A stretch of DNA of 62,501 bases, the filler included, from Choristocarpus tenellus KU-1152 (taxonomy: Eukaryota > Protista > Phaeophyceae): the NCBI GenBank assembly GCA_964200185.2. It is 14 parts of 14 records of this genome, joined end to end, with 100 filler letters (N's around TTAATTAATTAA, not from the genome) between each part and the next. Parts side by side here need not be neighbours in the genome. Positions count along the whole stretch, not along the records: positions 45,727 to 49,126 come from CAXNAD020020287.1; positions 49,227 to 52,556 come from CAXNAD020020760.1; positions 52,657 to 57,416 come from CAXNAD020013163.1; positions 57,517 to 62,501 come from CAXNAD020012275.1; 10 more parts are not named here. The stretch is one strand, 5' to 3'. The stretch's first letter is position 1, and each line of letters opens with the position of its first letter. The notes below the pieces were generated by a model. That model ran no database searches, had not been told where the DNA came from, and saw nothing but the letters and a program-made list of their open reading frames with translations. Shown here in pieces: positions 49,107 through 61,769 of the stretch. The position numbers and the translations under genes were made by a program.

Positions 49107-52100
49107 AGTTTTAGGTGATCTGGTTCNNNNNNNNNNNNNNNNNNNNNNNNNNNNNNNNNNNNNNNNNNNNTTAATTAATTAANNNNNNNNNNNNNNNNNN
49201 NNNNNNNNNNNNNNNNNNNNNNNNNNCCAAAAAAATAATAAACACAGCTTCTTTTTTTTAAAAAAAGAAATAAACCCCCCCCCCCCCCCCCCCCCCCCAG
49301 ATAATTTGAGCCTTCTCCCCAGTACATAGAACAGTAACATTTTTTTTTTATTGTATACCACATAATATTAATTTTTCAGAGAGTAGGCGGAAAATGCATA
49401 CCCCTAGTACCTACCTAAGATAGGGGAGAGACTGTCTATGTCCAATCAGACTGTCTTTTAAGTGTGATAATTGGTCTATTTGTCTAATCAAATACATAAA
49501 TAGCCGTGTGGTTGCCGATACTTACGTACGCATGCCAGCCAATTGCCCATCAATCGACATGATATGGTATGACTAATTAGTCCCAGCGGGTTTCTATTTG
49601 AAAGTTTGTGAGAAAGTACATTGTATTTTGCACCATGCAGTCACTGGGTTCAGAACCCATCTGTATCCCAAGAACAAGGAGATCCAACCCTCTCTTTACA
49701 CATACCTCTGATGGTGTTCCCTGTCAAGGAAGCAGGAGGCAGGCAACTTAGTGTGGACAGTAGCAACGTGCCTGGGCAAATGTATGTTCTATTAGGGGCA
49801 TCATGATGACGATTTTCGGTATCTATTTGTGTGGGTGAGTATGGGAATGTGAATGGTTTGAGGTTTTCTAACACTCCAGTTTATATTATACCACCGTACT
49901 ACGTTGTACATCCAACATCAAACAGTAGTTGCATAGTAGTAGTAGCGGTAGTAGTATAAAATCTTGCATAATTTCAATCTTTAGTAAGTAGTGCCACCGT
50001 AGTATCTAAAGTCTGTATCCGTGTACATTTCTACAGACCTACTCAACTAGTTTTTGTTCTCCATCCAGTACAATAACAACAATAATAACGGTGTTAGGGA
50101 TTCTATGCGATCGGGGGTCACGACAACCATAAGAAGATGAGGTTCAGAAAGGAAGTGAGAGATCAGACTGAGGCATGCTGGGCGCAGGTTGACAGTCTCG
50201 GAATGACATATGGATCAATCTTCACTGTGATTAGTTGCGACCAGTCCGAATAGAAAACACAATCTCGAGTTTTACTGGGCCACTTACTAATCCACCAGTC
50301 ATGTCATGGTTACCGAGAGCTCGTCGTGCGTCTGACCCACACCACATCACCTGTGCTGACCCTAATGGCAAAAGGTGGTGCATAAGAAATGGATTATCAC
50401 TGTGCACATTATCCTCATCAGTATCAGGAGATTCCAAAAAGGGGAGCTGTTCCTCACACTGGAAACTATTGGTGCAGCCATAGCTAAAAATTACTACCAT
50501 AAGCGAGGAAGAGTGGCAGCAGTTGAGTTAGGTAGTACTGCTCTATGACACTCTCCAGAGGTGTGAAGTACATACCACGTACGTACATGCATGCATACAT
50601 ACAGAACAAGATCCGGGCAGTAAGTATCATCACACAGGAGCAACCATGTACTGCCACAAAAAAAAACGAGGCTAAGAAGAAGCTCAAATGAAAAGTAGAA
50701 CCTAGATGGACTGAATGCTGTTGGTTGAAGGGCAATATAGATAGGGTCAGGCTCATTTGCCTTTGAAATAAGTTACTCACTTAACCCAACTTCTAAACTC
50801 AGATCTTGGAGTTCAAAGTGCATTTTAGGGGTTGCTGTATTGATGTTTATGACAAATAAATGCCTCCACAACTAAAAAAAAAGTAAGAAAATGAGAAAAA
50901 AGAAGGGATATCCATATTCAAAATAAAATCTACCAGAATTATAAATGATGTTTTCAAAGATCGGACTCCTACTTCTCAAAAGTATGCTGACATGATGTGT
51001 TGTACACATTTAAGTGGGAGGGAACCTCTTCAGTCTTGGAATTGAGTGCAGGAATTTGGTTTGTGTGAGGTGCGCATAATTTTAATCATCAATACAATGA
51101 CTTTTGTGCTACTCACGAGTTCTCACCATACACCCTGCAACTCCAGGCACAAAAAACTGTATACAACCTAACACCCCCATACAGCAAGGAAGAGCGAACA
51201 CTTGCCAAGCTCAGCCTTGAAAAGGCGTGGGCAAATAGACATATAATAACGGATGTACACAAAATAACAAACACAACTAGCCAAAAGAAAGGATACAGAT
51301 GGCCATCATCAACTTTGAAGTAGATAGCAAATATTAGGGTCAAGAAAGCTATGATGCACATTCTTCTGACCTCCTCCTATCCCCTCTAAATTGCGTCATC
51401 CATCCCCTCCCAAGGTACTGTCACCTTACATTATGAAGGCCTATAGAAAAATGCAGCACAGTGTACATGATGTGTACAACTCAAATTGTTGATGTCACAA
51501 TGTTACTGTGCATGTAGGCGACAATCTTATCATAGATCCCCCGCCTAATTTTCTCTTTCCTATTCTGCAAGAACATTTTGTAACCATCCCATCTAGTTCT
51601 TGGTTGCATTTTGGGACCATGTGCAAATTATGTCCTCTCCTCCCTACTACACACTGCAGAGTTGACATCTCACTTTTTAATTCATCACTCTCATTGAGAG
51701 TCAAGCTGAGTTTCATTGTTGGATCAACATTCTTGACACTTGACATTCTAAGAACCCGAAGTCACCACTCTCAGTTCCGGAACACACCTCAAGTCAGATT
51801 ATATGTTGAGGTGCAAGACGATCCCTTGTTCTCTCAAGCATTCTCCACTTCCTTGTCTTAGTTCTAGTGCCAACAGGGTAGAAAACCCACAGTTCATCAG
51901 TGATGTCAAGCTTCTTCTGATTACCAAATTCGGTGGATAATTGTGTGGTGGTATTCTACCAGGAAGCTATGCCGACCATGTTCTCTGCATAGTTGTGTAG
52001 TAGTACAAGTAGGAGATTGCATCATCCTACTAGCAAGTGTGGCACAACACAACAAAACAAAAAATATGCTCAGGTCGATTGTCTATCAATACTTGCCTGG

Positions 52101-52727
52101 TGGTTTGGGTATTATGTTTCGCAGGTCACACAAGAAAGTCGGTGACCTTGTTCCCTAGCAATGTGAACTTGCAGGATGCTGTTGTATGAATTGGCCAAGC
52201 CCTCTTGAGGAGGGTTGGGCACATTTAAATAATGGAAGTTGAGTGTCAGCCAGAAGCTTTGAAAGCTTTAAGTAATCACAAGGGCTAAACACGTCTTTCT
52301 CTAAGATAGAATTACTCAAACAGTAAACTATATCCTATCATTCTGTAGCTCACAAAAATCCAGGAAACTCGAACAAGGTGGGTCCAGCAAAAGATTTGAG
52401 AGAGTTGGAGCAATAAGTGACACTATTACTAAGAAGCCAGGCAGTGCAATAGGTTATAGTACAACAGTTACTTATAGTAGTACAGGGGAGTAGTGCATCT
52501 GACCACGGGCCAGGATAACCCCCAGACAAAAGACCCAAAGTATCTGGGAGGGGGGGNNNNNNNNNNNNNNNNNNNNNNNNNNNNNNNNNNNNNNNNNNNN
52601 TTAATTAATTAANNNNNNNNNNNNNNNNNNNNNNNNNNNNNNNNNNNNNNNNNNNNCACAGACTCCTCCCCCGGGGGGCACCCGTGCTCTGTGTGTGTTT
52701 TTTGGGGGGGGGGTTGTTGCCTCCGGG

Positions 52728-52760
<33 letters not shown>

Positions 52761-53099
52761 GATTCGGGTCAATATAGTGGGGTTAATCAGATGTGATGGT
52801 CCGGTGTGAACGTTTCAAACAGTTCGAGTTGCACAAGGATTAAAAATGGGTGTGTTGAATTGAAAGGAAGATGTATGAATAATATGCTACATTCCCCTCA
52901 TTGATAATTTTAAAAGATATATATATATACTTGTACTTTTACTGACGTATAATTGTCTAGGGACGAGCGGATTGGTTAGATGAACCCTGAACCATCTCAA
53001 AAAATGCACACTTTGCTGATCCTAAGTACATAATGTAGCTATGAATGTCTCACGTCCTAGTCAACTCACTGGCAGCTACGACTGATCTAGACTAATACA

Positions 53100-53740
53100 T
53101 GCACGTTACACGTTTTAGTCATTACGGAACCCATCCAGACTAGTCTCTGCCAGATTACACAAGGCAATGCTGAGGAGGGTGCATGAACACTGTTTGAGCA
53201 ATGGGTTGATCCCTGACTAGGGGTGGGAATGTGGACTTGAGAATACAGGTACGGCACAGACATTGAATGGGGGTGATCTCCAACAGCCTTCCAAGATAAG
53301 AGAAGTTCAAGAAGGTATAGAGAGGGGAGGTGGGATAGACTTATGAGATTCCTAATCAAAACCAGCTGAAACCCACCAAAGCATCAGTATTAAAGATTCC
53401 ATCCCAAACTATCCAAGGTGAAAAGGGAATTTAGTGTCAGAAACAAGAGGAATGTGTGGGTAGCCAAAAACTGGGGTACCAAGTGTGAGGAGGCATAATC
53501 CCAAAGTCAGACATTGACATGCAGTTAATTGATAGAACCCAACAATGACTTTAAGGGACTTTAGACAGGCGTAATATACCATACCCCAAGGATAGCTCAC
53601 CGGAGACTAAGCCCTATGAGTTTAAATGGGAGAATGGCTACTTGCGAAATATCCAACTTCTTGACGAACACTACAGTATAGATCAAGACGTTCCTACACG
53701 TGCCTGGTTCTGGACAAGTCGCAGTCTGCCCCCTTACTGA
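53100..53740 (+). pseudogene. Degenerate homolog of the Tudor-like ORF at 56255-57415
   Basis: 53582-53740 reads ...PYEFKWENGYLRNIQLLDEHYSIDQDVPTRAWF versus PYEVKWENGEMRNIQL (13/16 identical). Upstream EVQEGIER resembles EIEEGVEQ. Stops and frameshifts present. Confidence 0.6.
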
Positions 53741-54333
53741 TGAGAGACACAACTTTGAGGAGCAACCTAGGCCAATTTCTGTTCGTGAGTCACCCTCTAC
53801 TTCGCCAATCACACACATGCCTCGACAGACATGTTGTGCTGGAGAGGTCGGATGTTCTCTAAATCAACGAACTTATACATTTGGTATATTGATTTTAGTA
53901 TCTTCCTGAAGAGTTTGTGTCTATGTGTCCTCATACGCATGCTTTTATTGGCCCGGTAGCAACTTAGATTTCATTTTGATTAGTGCGTTCTGCTAATATC
54001 CTCTGATACTTTTACTGCCATGCCCCAATCCTTTTTCCTCCCCTCTTTGCGTTGATCAGATCACAGAGCAGTTGACAGAAACATTGCTAAAATAACGTTG
54101 ACGCAGAAGCATCTCGTACTCCGTACCACCATCTACAGCACAAGTCGAGATTTTCACAACAGATGATCCCTCTTCCACACCTAATCCAAACGGCGGCAAC
54201 AACTGCAGCTCCAAACTTTGAACCCAACGGCAACTTCCCTGAGCCATAATCACATAGTCTACACCTACTCAAGCGCCAAGCGCAGGTCCTAAAGGCATTT
54301 TAATCCAAAATACATAAAAAAAGGACGGTGACT

Positions 54334-54525
54334 GGGTCAAAGTATCTGGGGTGGTGGTGGTTTGTGAGGGGGCGTCCGTTTCAGTCCGGCGCTCAGAAAT
54401 TATAGCAATTGCTGTCTTCAGTCGTGGACGAAGACACAATTGCCATCATTTCTGAGCAACTCGTCCAGGCCAAAACGGACACCCCCTCATTAACCATCAA
54501 CCTCCCCCAAATAATACTTTGACCC
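54334..54525. mobile_element. Fold-back MITE with the CAAAGTAT terminus
   Basis: gggtcaaagtat...atactttgaccc, with nested inverted pairs gagggggcgtccgttt/aaacggacaccccctc, gctcagaaat/atttctgagc, gcaattg..gtcttc/gaagac.caattgc. Confidence 0.8.
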
Positions 54526-55430
54526 TTCAGGCACTTCCATCATCATTGGTTGGGTAGCGAGGGTCATGGATGTGGCTTATTGATCGAAGGCTTCAGCACT
54601 ATGAGGGTTAAAATCAACCTAATTGGTATTAAGAACACTGTGAAGTATCTTCTCTACTATTCCGTGATGGATGCTTCGTCCCTAAGTAGCTGTCCATACT
54701 CATCACAGATATGCTGAGAGGCACTCTCTCTGGTTCTCTCAAACATTGAAGACTTTCAGATTGTTTTGTTATAAACCAACTTGGTCTCTACAGTGGATAA
54801 GGTCTTCCATTTTCCTGGTGCAGGTATCAAGAAACTCCTGCTAGTCAGACCCTCTCACCCACTTGAGTTCATTGCCATCCTTTCATCACCTTCTTGAAAG
54901 TGACATTTTGGAGAGTTGTTTCCATTCCTTTTTCCATTCTCCTCCCAGGCTTTCAGGAAATTTTCTTGAGATTGGTCATGTGCACATCACTCTCTAGGCA
55001 ACACACCCTCCATAAAGGGGGTGGCAGGGCTTCTGAGGCAGCATCCAATAAATTGATCATGTATGAAGATGCAATGTTATCGATATTGCCAGGTGCATCA
55101 ACTGTATCTCTGGGTGTGATATAAAATGTGTACAATCCCAAGTCTTGATATAGAAATATGTAGATTAATTCCTTCTCAGTTATGTTGTAGGAGGTAGAAA
55201 GTTGGAGTGAGAAACACCACTCAAGCGGGGGGGGTGATAACCTTTCACTCATCCCTGAACACTAAGAAGTCGTCTCTCAATCTGTGTTACTTGCTACAGC
55301 ATTCCTTTTCTAGGATTCTTATTGTTGGGCCAAAGTATCTGGGAGGGGGGGGGGGGGGGGTGCACTGGGACATCCAAATAGGCCNNNNNNNNNNTGTTTT
55401 TCTGTTTTTTTTGGTGTTTTTGTGGGGTGG

Positions 55431-55461
<31 letters not shown>

Positions 55462-56254
55462 TTGCACTGGGACATCCAAATAGGCCCTTGTAATAAGTGC
55501 TGGAACATTGTATGAAAATGTTGTGAAAAACGCATAATGGAGTGTCTAGTTGGTCTTTTTTGGGTGGAATATTGCATAGTCTGCATCTAGTTGTATGTAC
55601 TTGACGCTTTAGATGTTGGAAAAGTAGCCTTTTTAGAGGTCGATTTCTGTGGTGGAGTGTTTTGGTTGTTAGTTTGTTGTAGAGTGTGGATTGGGTTGGA
55701 TCATCTCTTGTGGCTTCATCGCCTTACTGGAGTGGGATTAGTGTTAATTGAGGTGGGGATTTAGGGATTGTCATTTCCAGCGTTAAGCAATATGTGATTG
55801 TGAATTGATGGAAAGGGCCTCGTCAATTGGGGAGGGGTAAGAAGGGATAAGACATTTGTGTGAATTCTATGTAAGTTTTAAGGGGGTGCTAGGGGATGAG
55901 TTGGCGACAGGTGTAATTGCGCGACGTTTGCGTATTTTGGAGGTATGAGGACGTTTGCGTATTTTGGAGGTATGTCAATTATTGTCCTTTGTGGAGCGGG
56001 GAATGTGATATCAATGTCGATATAGCGTGTTACGTGGGAGAGGGGAATGTGCGATCCTTGATTGTTGTCTCCGTCTGTAAAGGGTGGAAGGAGGAACACC
56101 GCATATAAAAGACCACACTAGAAGGGGGATGCCACGAATGATTTTCTGCGGTGATGTGTATCATTATTTGCGATGTGAGAATATCTGCTTTTTGTAGCAA
56201 ACACAGAGAGAACTAAATCAAACTTTCCGATATAAAAACTCTCTATATACATTT

Positions 56255-57415
56255 CTAACTACTACGCACCATGTAATATATACCAGTGGTCGTAAGGAAA
56301 ATCATTGACCAAGAAACAGGTTGTAACCGTCTATAAGTAAAAATCAACACAAAATCTAAAGGTGAGGCAGCACAGGTACACCTAAAAGGAAGGACATAGA
56401 CCAGCCAATTGCAATTAAAATGGAAAAATGAACCCTGCCTCGACAACACACGTCCGACCTCAACTATGATATAGGACAGGATGTCCACGGGAGGCATGAT
56501 GTCTCGGACGGATGAAGGGAGGGGATGACAGACGACTACGAATTTCGAGAAGATGGTAGCGCGTCGGACTCGCTGCAACCTCCGTTCCATATTACGGTAA
56601 TATGGGACTGGTGGATCTCGGCTTCGTGTTGGGCTCTGTGCTGTATAATTGTTGAAGAAAAGCTGGATATTTCGCATCTCGCCATTCTCCCATTTGACCT
56701 CATAGGGGTAGCTGAGTCGCTCCTCTCCCGCTGGCTCGGTATGGCGGGGCTGGTATTTGGTGACCGTCCCTCGATTCCACTGCTCATCCATCCGAAAGTA
56801 CAGTCCCCTGCCCTTGGTTCTAGAATGAAGTGTCCCTTTCCTGTCCAATACTGGCGCAACCCTCAATGATGGTTCGAGGAGGATGTATATCCCAGTATCC
56901 TTCTCCTCCTCTCTACGGTTCGCCTGTAGAGTCATCCATGCCTTGCGTTTGTTGGCACGCTGGGCTGCAGTCTTATCGTGGTCCCTTTCCTCCTTCTCCT
57001 TTAGTTGTTCGACCCCCTCCTCAATCTCGTCCTCTGTTGTGAATGACCTTAGCTCAGGTGGCAAGGAGGTCTCACCATGCAGACCCTCGTAAAGCACAGA
57101 GTAGATACATACCTCGGAATCGTCTATGTCAACGTCGTGAACTTGCCCCCGGGCAATAGCATCTCCACTCCCGCATAGGATGAAGGTGGTGCCTCGGCCG
57201 AACTTAGCATTGGACGTGCCTCCACGTCTGCGTTGTCTTGAGAAGCGAACAGGGATCCCGCCGAGGAATTGCCAATTGGATTCCACAGTGAATCTCTGGT
57301 ATTGACCGGGGAGGATGGTGTAGGTATCGTCGAGGTTGTTACGACGAAGGTGCGTGAAGTCAGGCTCGACGATAGCCTGAAGGGGGACAACACGGGGACC
57401 CGGTTGAGCGGCCTG
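56255..57415 (-). CDS. Intronless ORF, 5'-open at the contig edge; unknown protein with two Tudor/SH3-like barrel segments and a charged helix; probably TE-borne
   Basis: The frame stays open for more than 380 codons up to the gap (QAAQPGPRVV...VESNWQFLGG). Contains RGQVHDVD..YSVLYE and YFRMDEQWNRGTVTKY...YEVKWENGE motifs. A second, decayed copy lies nearby. Confidence 0.55.
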   Translation of the reverse strand, partial: QAAQPGPRVVPLQAIVEPDFTHLRRNNLDDTYTILPGQYQRFTVESNWQFLGGIPVRFSRQRRRGGTSNAKFGRGTTFILCGSGDAIARGQVHDVDIDDSEVCIYSVLYEGLHGETSLPPELRSFTTEDEIEEGVEQLKEKEERDHDKTAAQRANKRKAWMTLQANRREEEKDTGIYILLEPSLRVAPVLDRKGTLHSRTKGRGLYFRMDEQWNRGTVTKYQPRHTEPAGEERLSYPYEVKWENGEMRNIQLFFNNYTAQSPTRSRDPPVPYYRNMERRLQRVRRATIFSKFVVVCHPLPSSVRDIMPPVDILSYIIVEVGRVLSRQGSFFHFNCNWLVYVLPFRCTCAASPLDFVLIFTYRRLQPVSWSMIFLTTTGIYYMVRSS

Positions 57416-58430
57416 CNNNNNNNNNNNNNNNNNNNNNNNNNNNNNNNNNNNNNNNNNNNNTTAATTAATTAANNNNNNNNNNNNNNNNNNNNNNNNNNNN
57501 NNNNNNNNNNNNNNNNGTGCAGACCCCCCCTCCCCCCCCCCTTCCTCCAGATACTTGGAGCCTTTTTATTATTTTTGCAGTGGTGTTACTTTTTTTTGTT
57601 TGGGGGTGTGTTGTGTGTCGATTGTGTTGTGTGTTTGAGTATGTTTTGATTGTGAGAAGGTGGTGATTTAGTTTTTTTTTTGTGCAGTTGGAGTTGTTTG
57701 GGTGTGGAGTGTGATAGATATCTCGCTAGGTAGGTAAATATTTTATGCAAAGAGGTTGGATTTTGGGGGCTATTGATGTACTGATACAATACCTGCTGTA
57801 TTTAAACACATTTAAACATAGACTACGCCTAAACCTTCTTGGAAATAGTGGGTAGTTTTTTCCCATATTGTGTAGTGTATGGACATGGGTATGAAAACTA
57901 GGCTAGGACCATCTGCAACTTATAGTCAACTTAGACGAACATCTCAACCGCAGGAACAATTTTTATATATATTGTATTATGTATTATGTATGGTGTGGGA
58001 TGGGATGGGATGGGATGGGATGGGATGGTAATTATCATGTGATGTCTTGCGAAAAAAAGGGATGAGTAGGACCCCTTCAATTCCCACAATTACAATCATA
58101 ATCACAATCACAATCCGTGCGTTGCATACAATAACATGGCGGGGAGCAACAGATGCTTGGCACAGACAGGGATCTGATTGGTCGATAAAATGAATGTCTT
58201 ATTGGCAGGGGTAGGGTGGAAGGCGGAGTTTGTGCATTTATGCCTCACATACTTTTTTTTATGTTGTTAATGTCGCGGTGTTAGTGTTTTTTTATTATTT
58301 TTTGTTATTTTAGTGTTGGTGAGGGGGGGGGGGGGGGGGGGGGGGGGTTTTTTTTTTGGGGTTTGGGGAAAGGGGGTGGGGGGAAAAGGATTTTTTGTTT
58401 TTTTTTTTTTTTTTTTTTTTTGTTGTGTTT

Positions 58431-58461
<31 letters not shown>

Positions 58462-59408
58462 AGGGAGGGAGTTTTTTTCTAGCAGTTTGAGTAAAAGGGT
58501 TAGGGGACAAACGACTTTGTGTTGTACAATGTTTTTACAATGGGAAAGGCGTTACTTTATTATTCTTGAAATTTGAGTGTGTGAGATTTTTTTGTGAAGG
58601 CGGTATTGTTAGGTGTGGTGTGCGTCCATGTTTCCCTCCTCTGTGATGACTACAACAATAAAGTAAAGAAGGAAGTATATTTTATTTTTGTGTGTGTTAC
58701 ATTAATGGTGCATCTACAGTAGTGACTGTAACCACATGTTGCAACCCATTTCGGTGTGTTACATTAATGATTTTCTAGTGTGTTACATTGTTCAGGCGTT
58801 TATCGGTGTGTTTGATTTTGGTTTGACCGTCATTGCATGCTCCCCCAGTTCAAGGCATACTGTCTGGAGCATTACTTGTCAGTTGGTTTTATCTTGATTA
58901 TTGTGTTCGCTGAGTGGAGTAGTCACTAAGCATTACAGGATTTGTTTTGTTGTTTGAGGATTGGTGAAGCAAGGACCATCTTAAGGTTGTTTTTCTGTAC
59001 TAGAGTACTCAAAAGCCAAGGGGTGCTCAGTTTTTTGGTATTATTTTTTATTAATCTCTTGTATACTAGACACACAGACCTACGTTCTGCCAGGGCTTTT
59101 ACTTGACACCCCTTTTTTTATTGATAAGTCTTGTGATCATTTGGTTTGTTGTCTGTGATAGGAGTAGAATCCACCATTTGTGTAGAGAGAGGGACAGCTA
59201 GTGGCTTACTGCCACAAGAGGAAGAAAATTATTAATAATAATGGAATGTGTGTGTGTGTGTCTATTTTTATTTCTGGAAAAATCACCCTTTGCACCAATG
59301 AAGTAGCCTCTGGATGTGAATAGGCCAATGGCGTGAGTGCAAACACATGGAATTCTTATTTTTTTAATATTTGTACGATTGGTGGGTTTGTTGTTGTATT
59401 CGTTGAAG

Positions 59409-61769
59409 GTTTGAAGGAGAGGTCAACTGGTTGGCGTGGCATGGAAAGGGGGACTACCTGTGCAGTGTTGCCCCTAGGGAGGGCAAGCATGCAGTAATGA
59501 TCCACCAGATCTCTAAGGCGACGACACAGTGCCCCTTCCGTCGAAGCAAGGTGAGATGGGATGAGGGTGTGTGTGTCTGGTGGGAAGCATGAGAGGGTAG
59601 TGTAGTGGTCTTGATCTTGTTTTGTATGGGTAGCACATCACACTCTCTGTGGTTTATTGAAGTCGTGTGTGTGAATCAGGGTGAAGAGAGGTTTTGCTAT
59701 GTTCGGGGTTGGCATGTGATGGTGTGTGTTGGATGCACGGATGAATATATAATAGAGTGTGTGTGTGTGTGTACTAACATGTGTAGTAGTAGTAGTGGTA
59801 ATTGTAATAGGTGCATCATCAGTACCGATATTTGAGATGAGGGTTGTTTTTGGCATGGTTTTTGTACTAATGTGAAAATTCCCGCTTTCTGTACATTGAA
59901 GCATTGCTAGTTGTTGATTGATGATTGTTAGTTGTCAGTTGTTAATTGTTAATTGATGAATGCTAGTTGTTAATTGATGATTGCTAGTTGTTTGTTGTTG
60001 ATTGATGATTGTTAGTTGTCAGTTGTTAATTGTTAATCGATGAATGCTAGTTGTTAGTTGTCAGTTGGTTTTGTTTATTATCAGTTGTTAATTGATGAAT
60101 GTTAGTTGTTAGTTGTCAGTTGATTTTTGTTTATTATCAGTTAGTTGATTATTGCTAGTTGTTAGTTGCTAGTTGTCAGTTGATCATGCTACGGTTTGAT
60201 GTTACAGTACTTTGCTGGTAGCAGAGTAAGCAATTGCTACACCCTAACATTGTCTTGATTTGATGATGCTTTGTATCAACAGACAACAACAATTGTGCAT
60301 CTGTCCTTCTCACTTGATTCAAAAATCCCACTTCCCCTCACCGAATCCACTTGTCTGTCAGCCAAATTTTGTGTTGACTGCCTTTCTGTCCTTGATCTCC
60401 CTTCTCTTTCCACCTCTGCGATGTGAAACTGACGTGTCTTCCCCCTCCCCCTGCCCCCCCTCTCCCGCTCCTCCACCCTGCTGTATTTTTTGTTTTGTTA
60501 GGGTGAGGTCCAGTGCGTCAAGTTCCATCAAAGGAAGCCCTTCCTGTTTGTAGCCACCAAGCAACACGTCCGAATCTATCACCTCGTGAAGCAGGTTACT
60601 ATTATTATTATTATTATTATTATTCTATTTTTGATGCATACCATTTATGCACCCACATCCCCCCCTTCTTTTATTGTTACTCAAAATATCGTTCTCAACC
60701 TTTGAAGTTGTCAAATGTATCCTCTCCTTGGCCGCACACCTACTTCCTTGTTCCCCTGGTCACCTTTAGGGTTAGGGTTAGATGACTATTTTTGTTTTGT
60801 TTTGTTTACTGTAGTTTGCTCGTGTCTCTACCTCTCAGTCTCATTGCGATGATTTGTTTCTCGGGGGTGGGGGGGGGGGGGGAGTTGGGTAGAATGTTGG
60901 TGTTGTTATCAAGGTATTGTTAATNNNNNNNNNNTTTTTTTTTGTTTTTGTTTGTTCCTTTTTGGGGTTGTGGTGGGTGGTGGGGGGTTTTTGGGGGGGG
61001 GGGGGGGGGGGGGGGGGGAGTTAGGTAGAATGTTGGAGTAGTACTCAAGGTATTGTTAATTATTTATTTGGTTTGTAGTGTGTGCGGGTATAATATACTT
61101 TTTTGAGTGTACTCTTTGTGATCTTCGTAGACCTTGAAGTAGTGCTCACTAAATGTCGTCGCATACATGAGAATTGTTTTTTTCAATAGATTCGGGAGTG
61201 GGTGGGGGGAGACATGTCCAGACAAAGTGTATTGAATGGTCTCGGAGAACATTACCATCAGCAGAGCGCTGTATTGATGCTTGAATTGAATTGAATTGAA
61301 TTGGAGACTCTCAAACATCATTATGTAAACATCGGTGGGTGTATCTGTATGTTAAGCACACGCTATTTGTGAATTCATTATCTATTGTGCTGCAATAGCC
61401 CGTACATCCAGGCAAATCATTTCTATTGTTCCTTGACAACACCTGCTTTCTCAACCTCCTCGAAATAACCCTTAGAATTTTGTAACAAATTGCACTATTT
61501 ATTCTGTGGGATCTATTCATGCACGCCTATCAGAATAGGTGCATGTGTCATCCTAATTTTGATCCCTTCCCATTTAACTCTTAACTCCATTTTTTTATTA
61601 TTATCAGGTGTTAGTGAAACGACTCTTGACGGGGTGTAAATGGATCAGTAGCATGGACCTACACCCCTCTGGAGACCACCTCATTGTCTGCAGCTACGAC
61701 CGGAGGGTAGTTTGGTTTGACTTGGACCTCTCCAGCACGCCTTACAAGACCCTCAAGTATCACACAAAG
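59409..61769 (+). CDS. BOP1: Ribosome biogenesis WD40 protein BOP1/ERB1, partial; exons 59409-59550, 60502-60594, 61608-61769
   Basis: [10 protein letters not shown]...VMIHQISK...PFRRSK|[29 protein letters not shown]|[58 protein letters not shown] introns with consistent phase. Confidence 0.93.
59905..60185. repeat. Degenerate GTT/TAG-rich tandem repeat in a BOP1 intron
   Basis: Recurring tagttgtcagttgttaattg / tgctagttgtt units. Confidence 0.8.

Noticed and set aside
55331-55485. Direct repeat tgcactgggacatccaaataggcc
   Set aside because: Duplicated on both sides of a 10-N gap next to poly-G, so likely an assembly overlap artefact. The same pattern occurs at 60860-61060.
58300-58470. Long poly-G/poly-T and poly-C tracts giving poly-Pro/Gly ORFs (also near 3145, 32450, 52730)
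   Set aside because: Low-quality homopolymer sequence, mostly near contig ends; no coding evidence.
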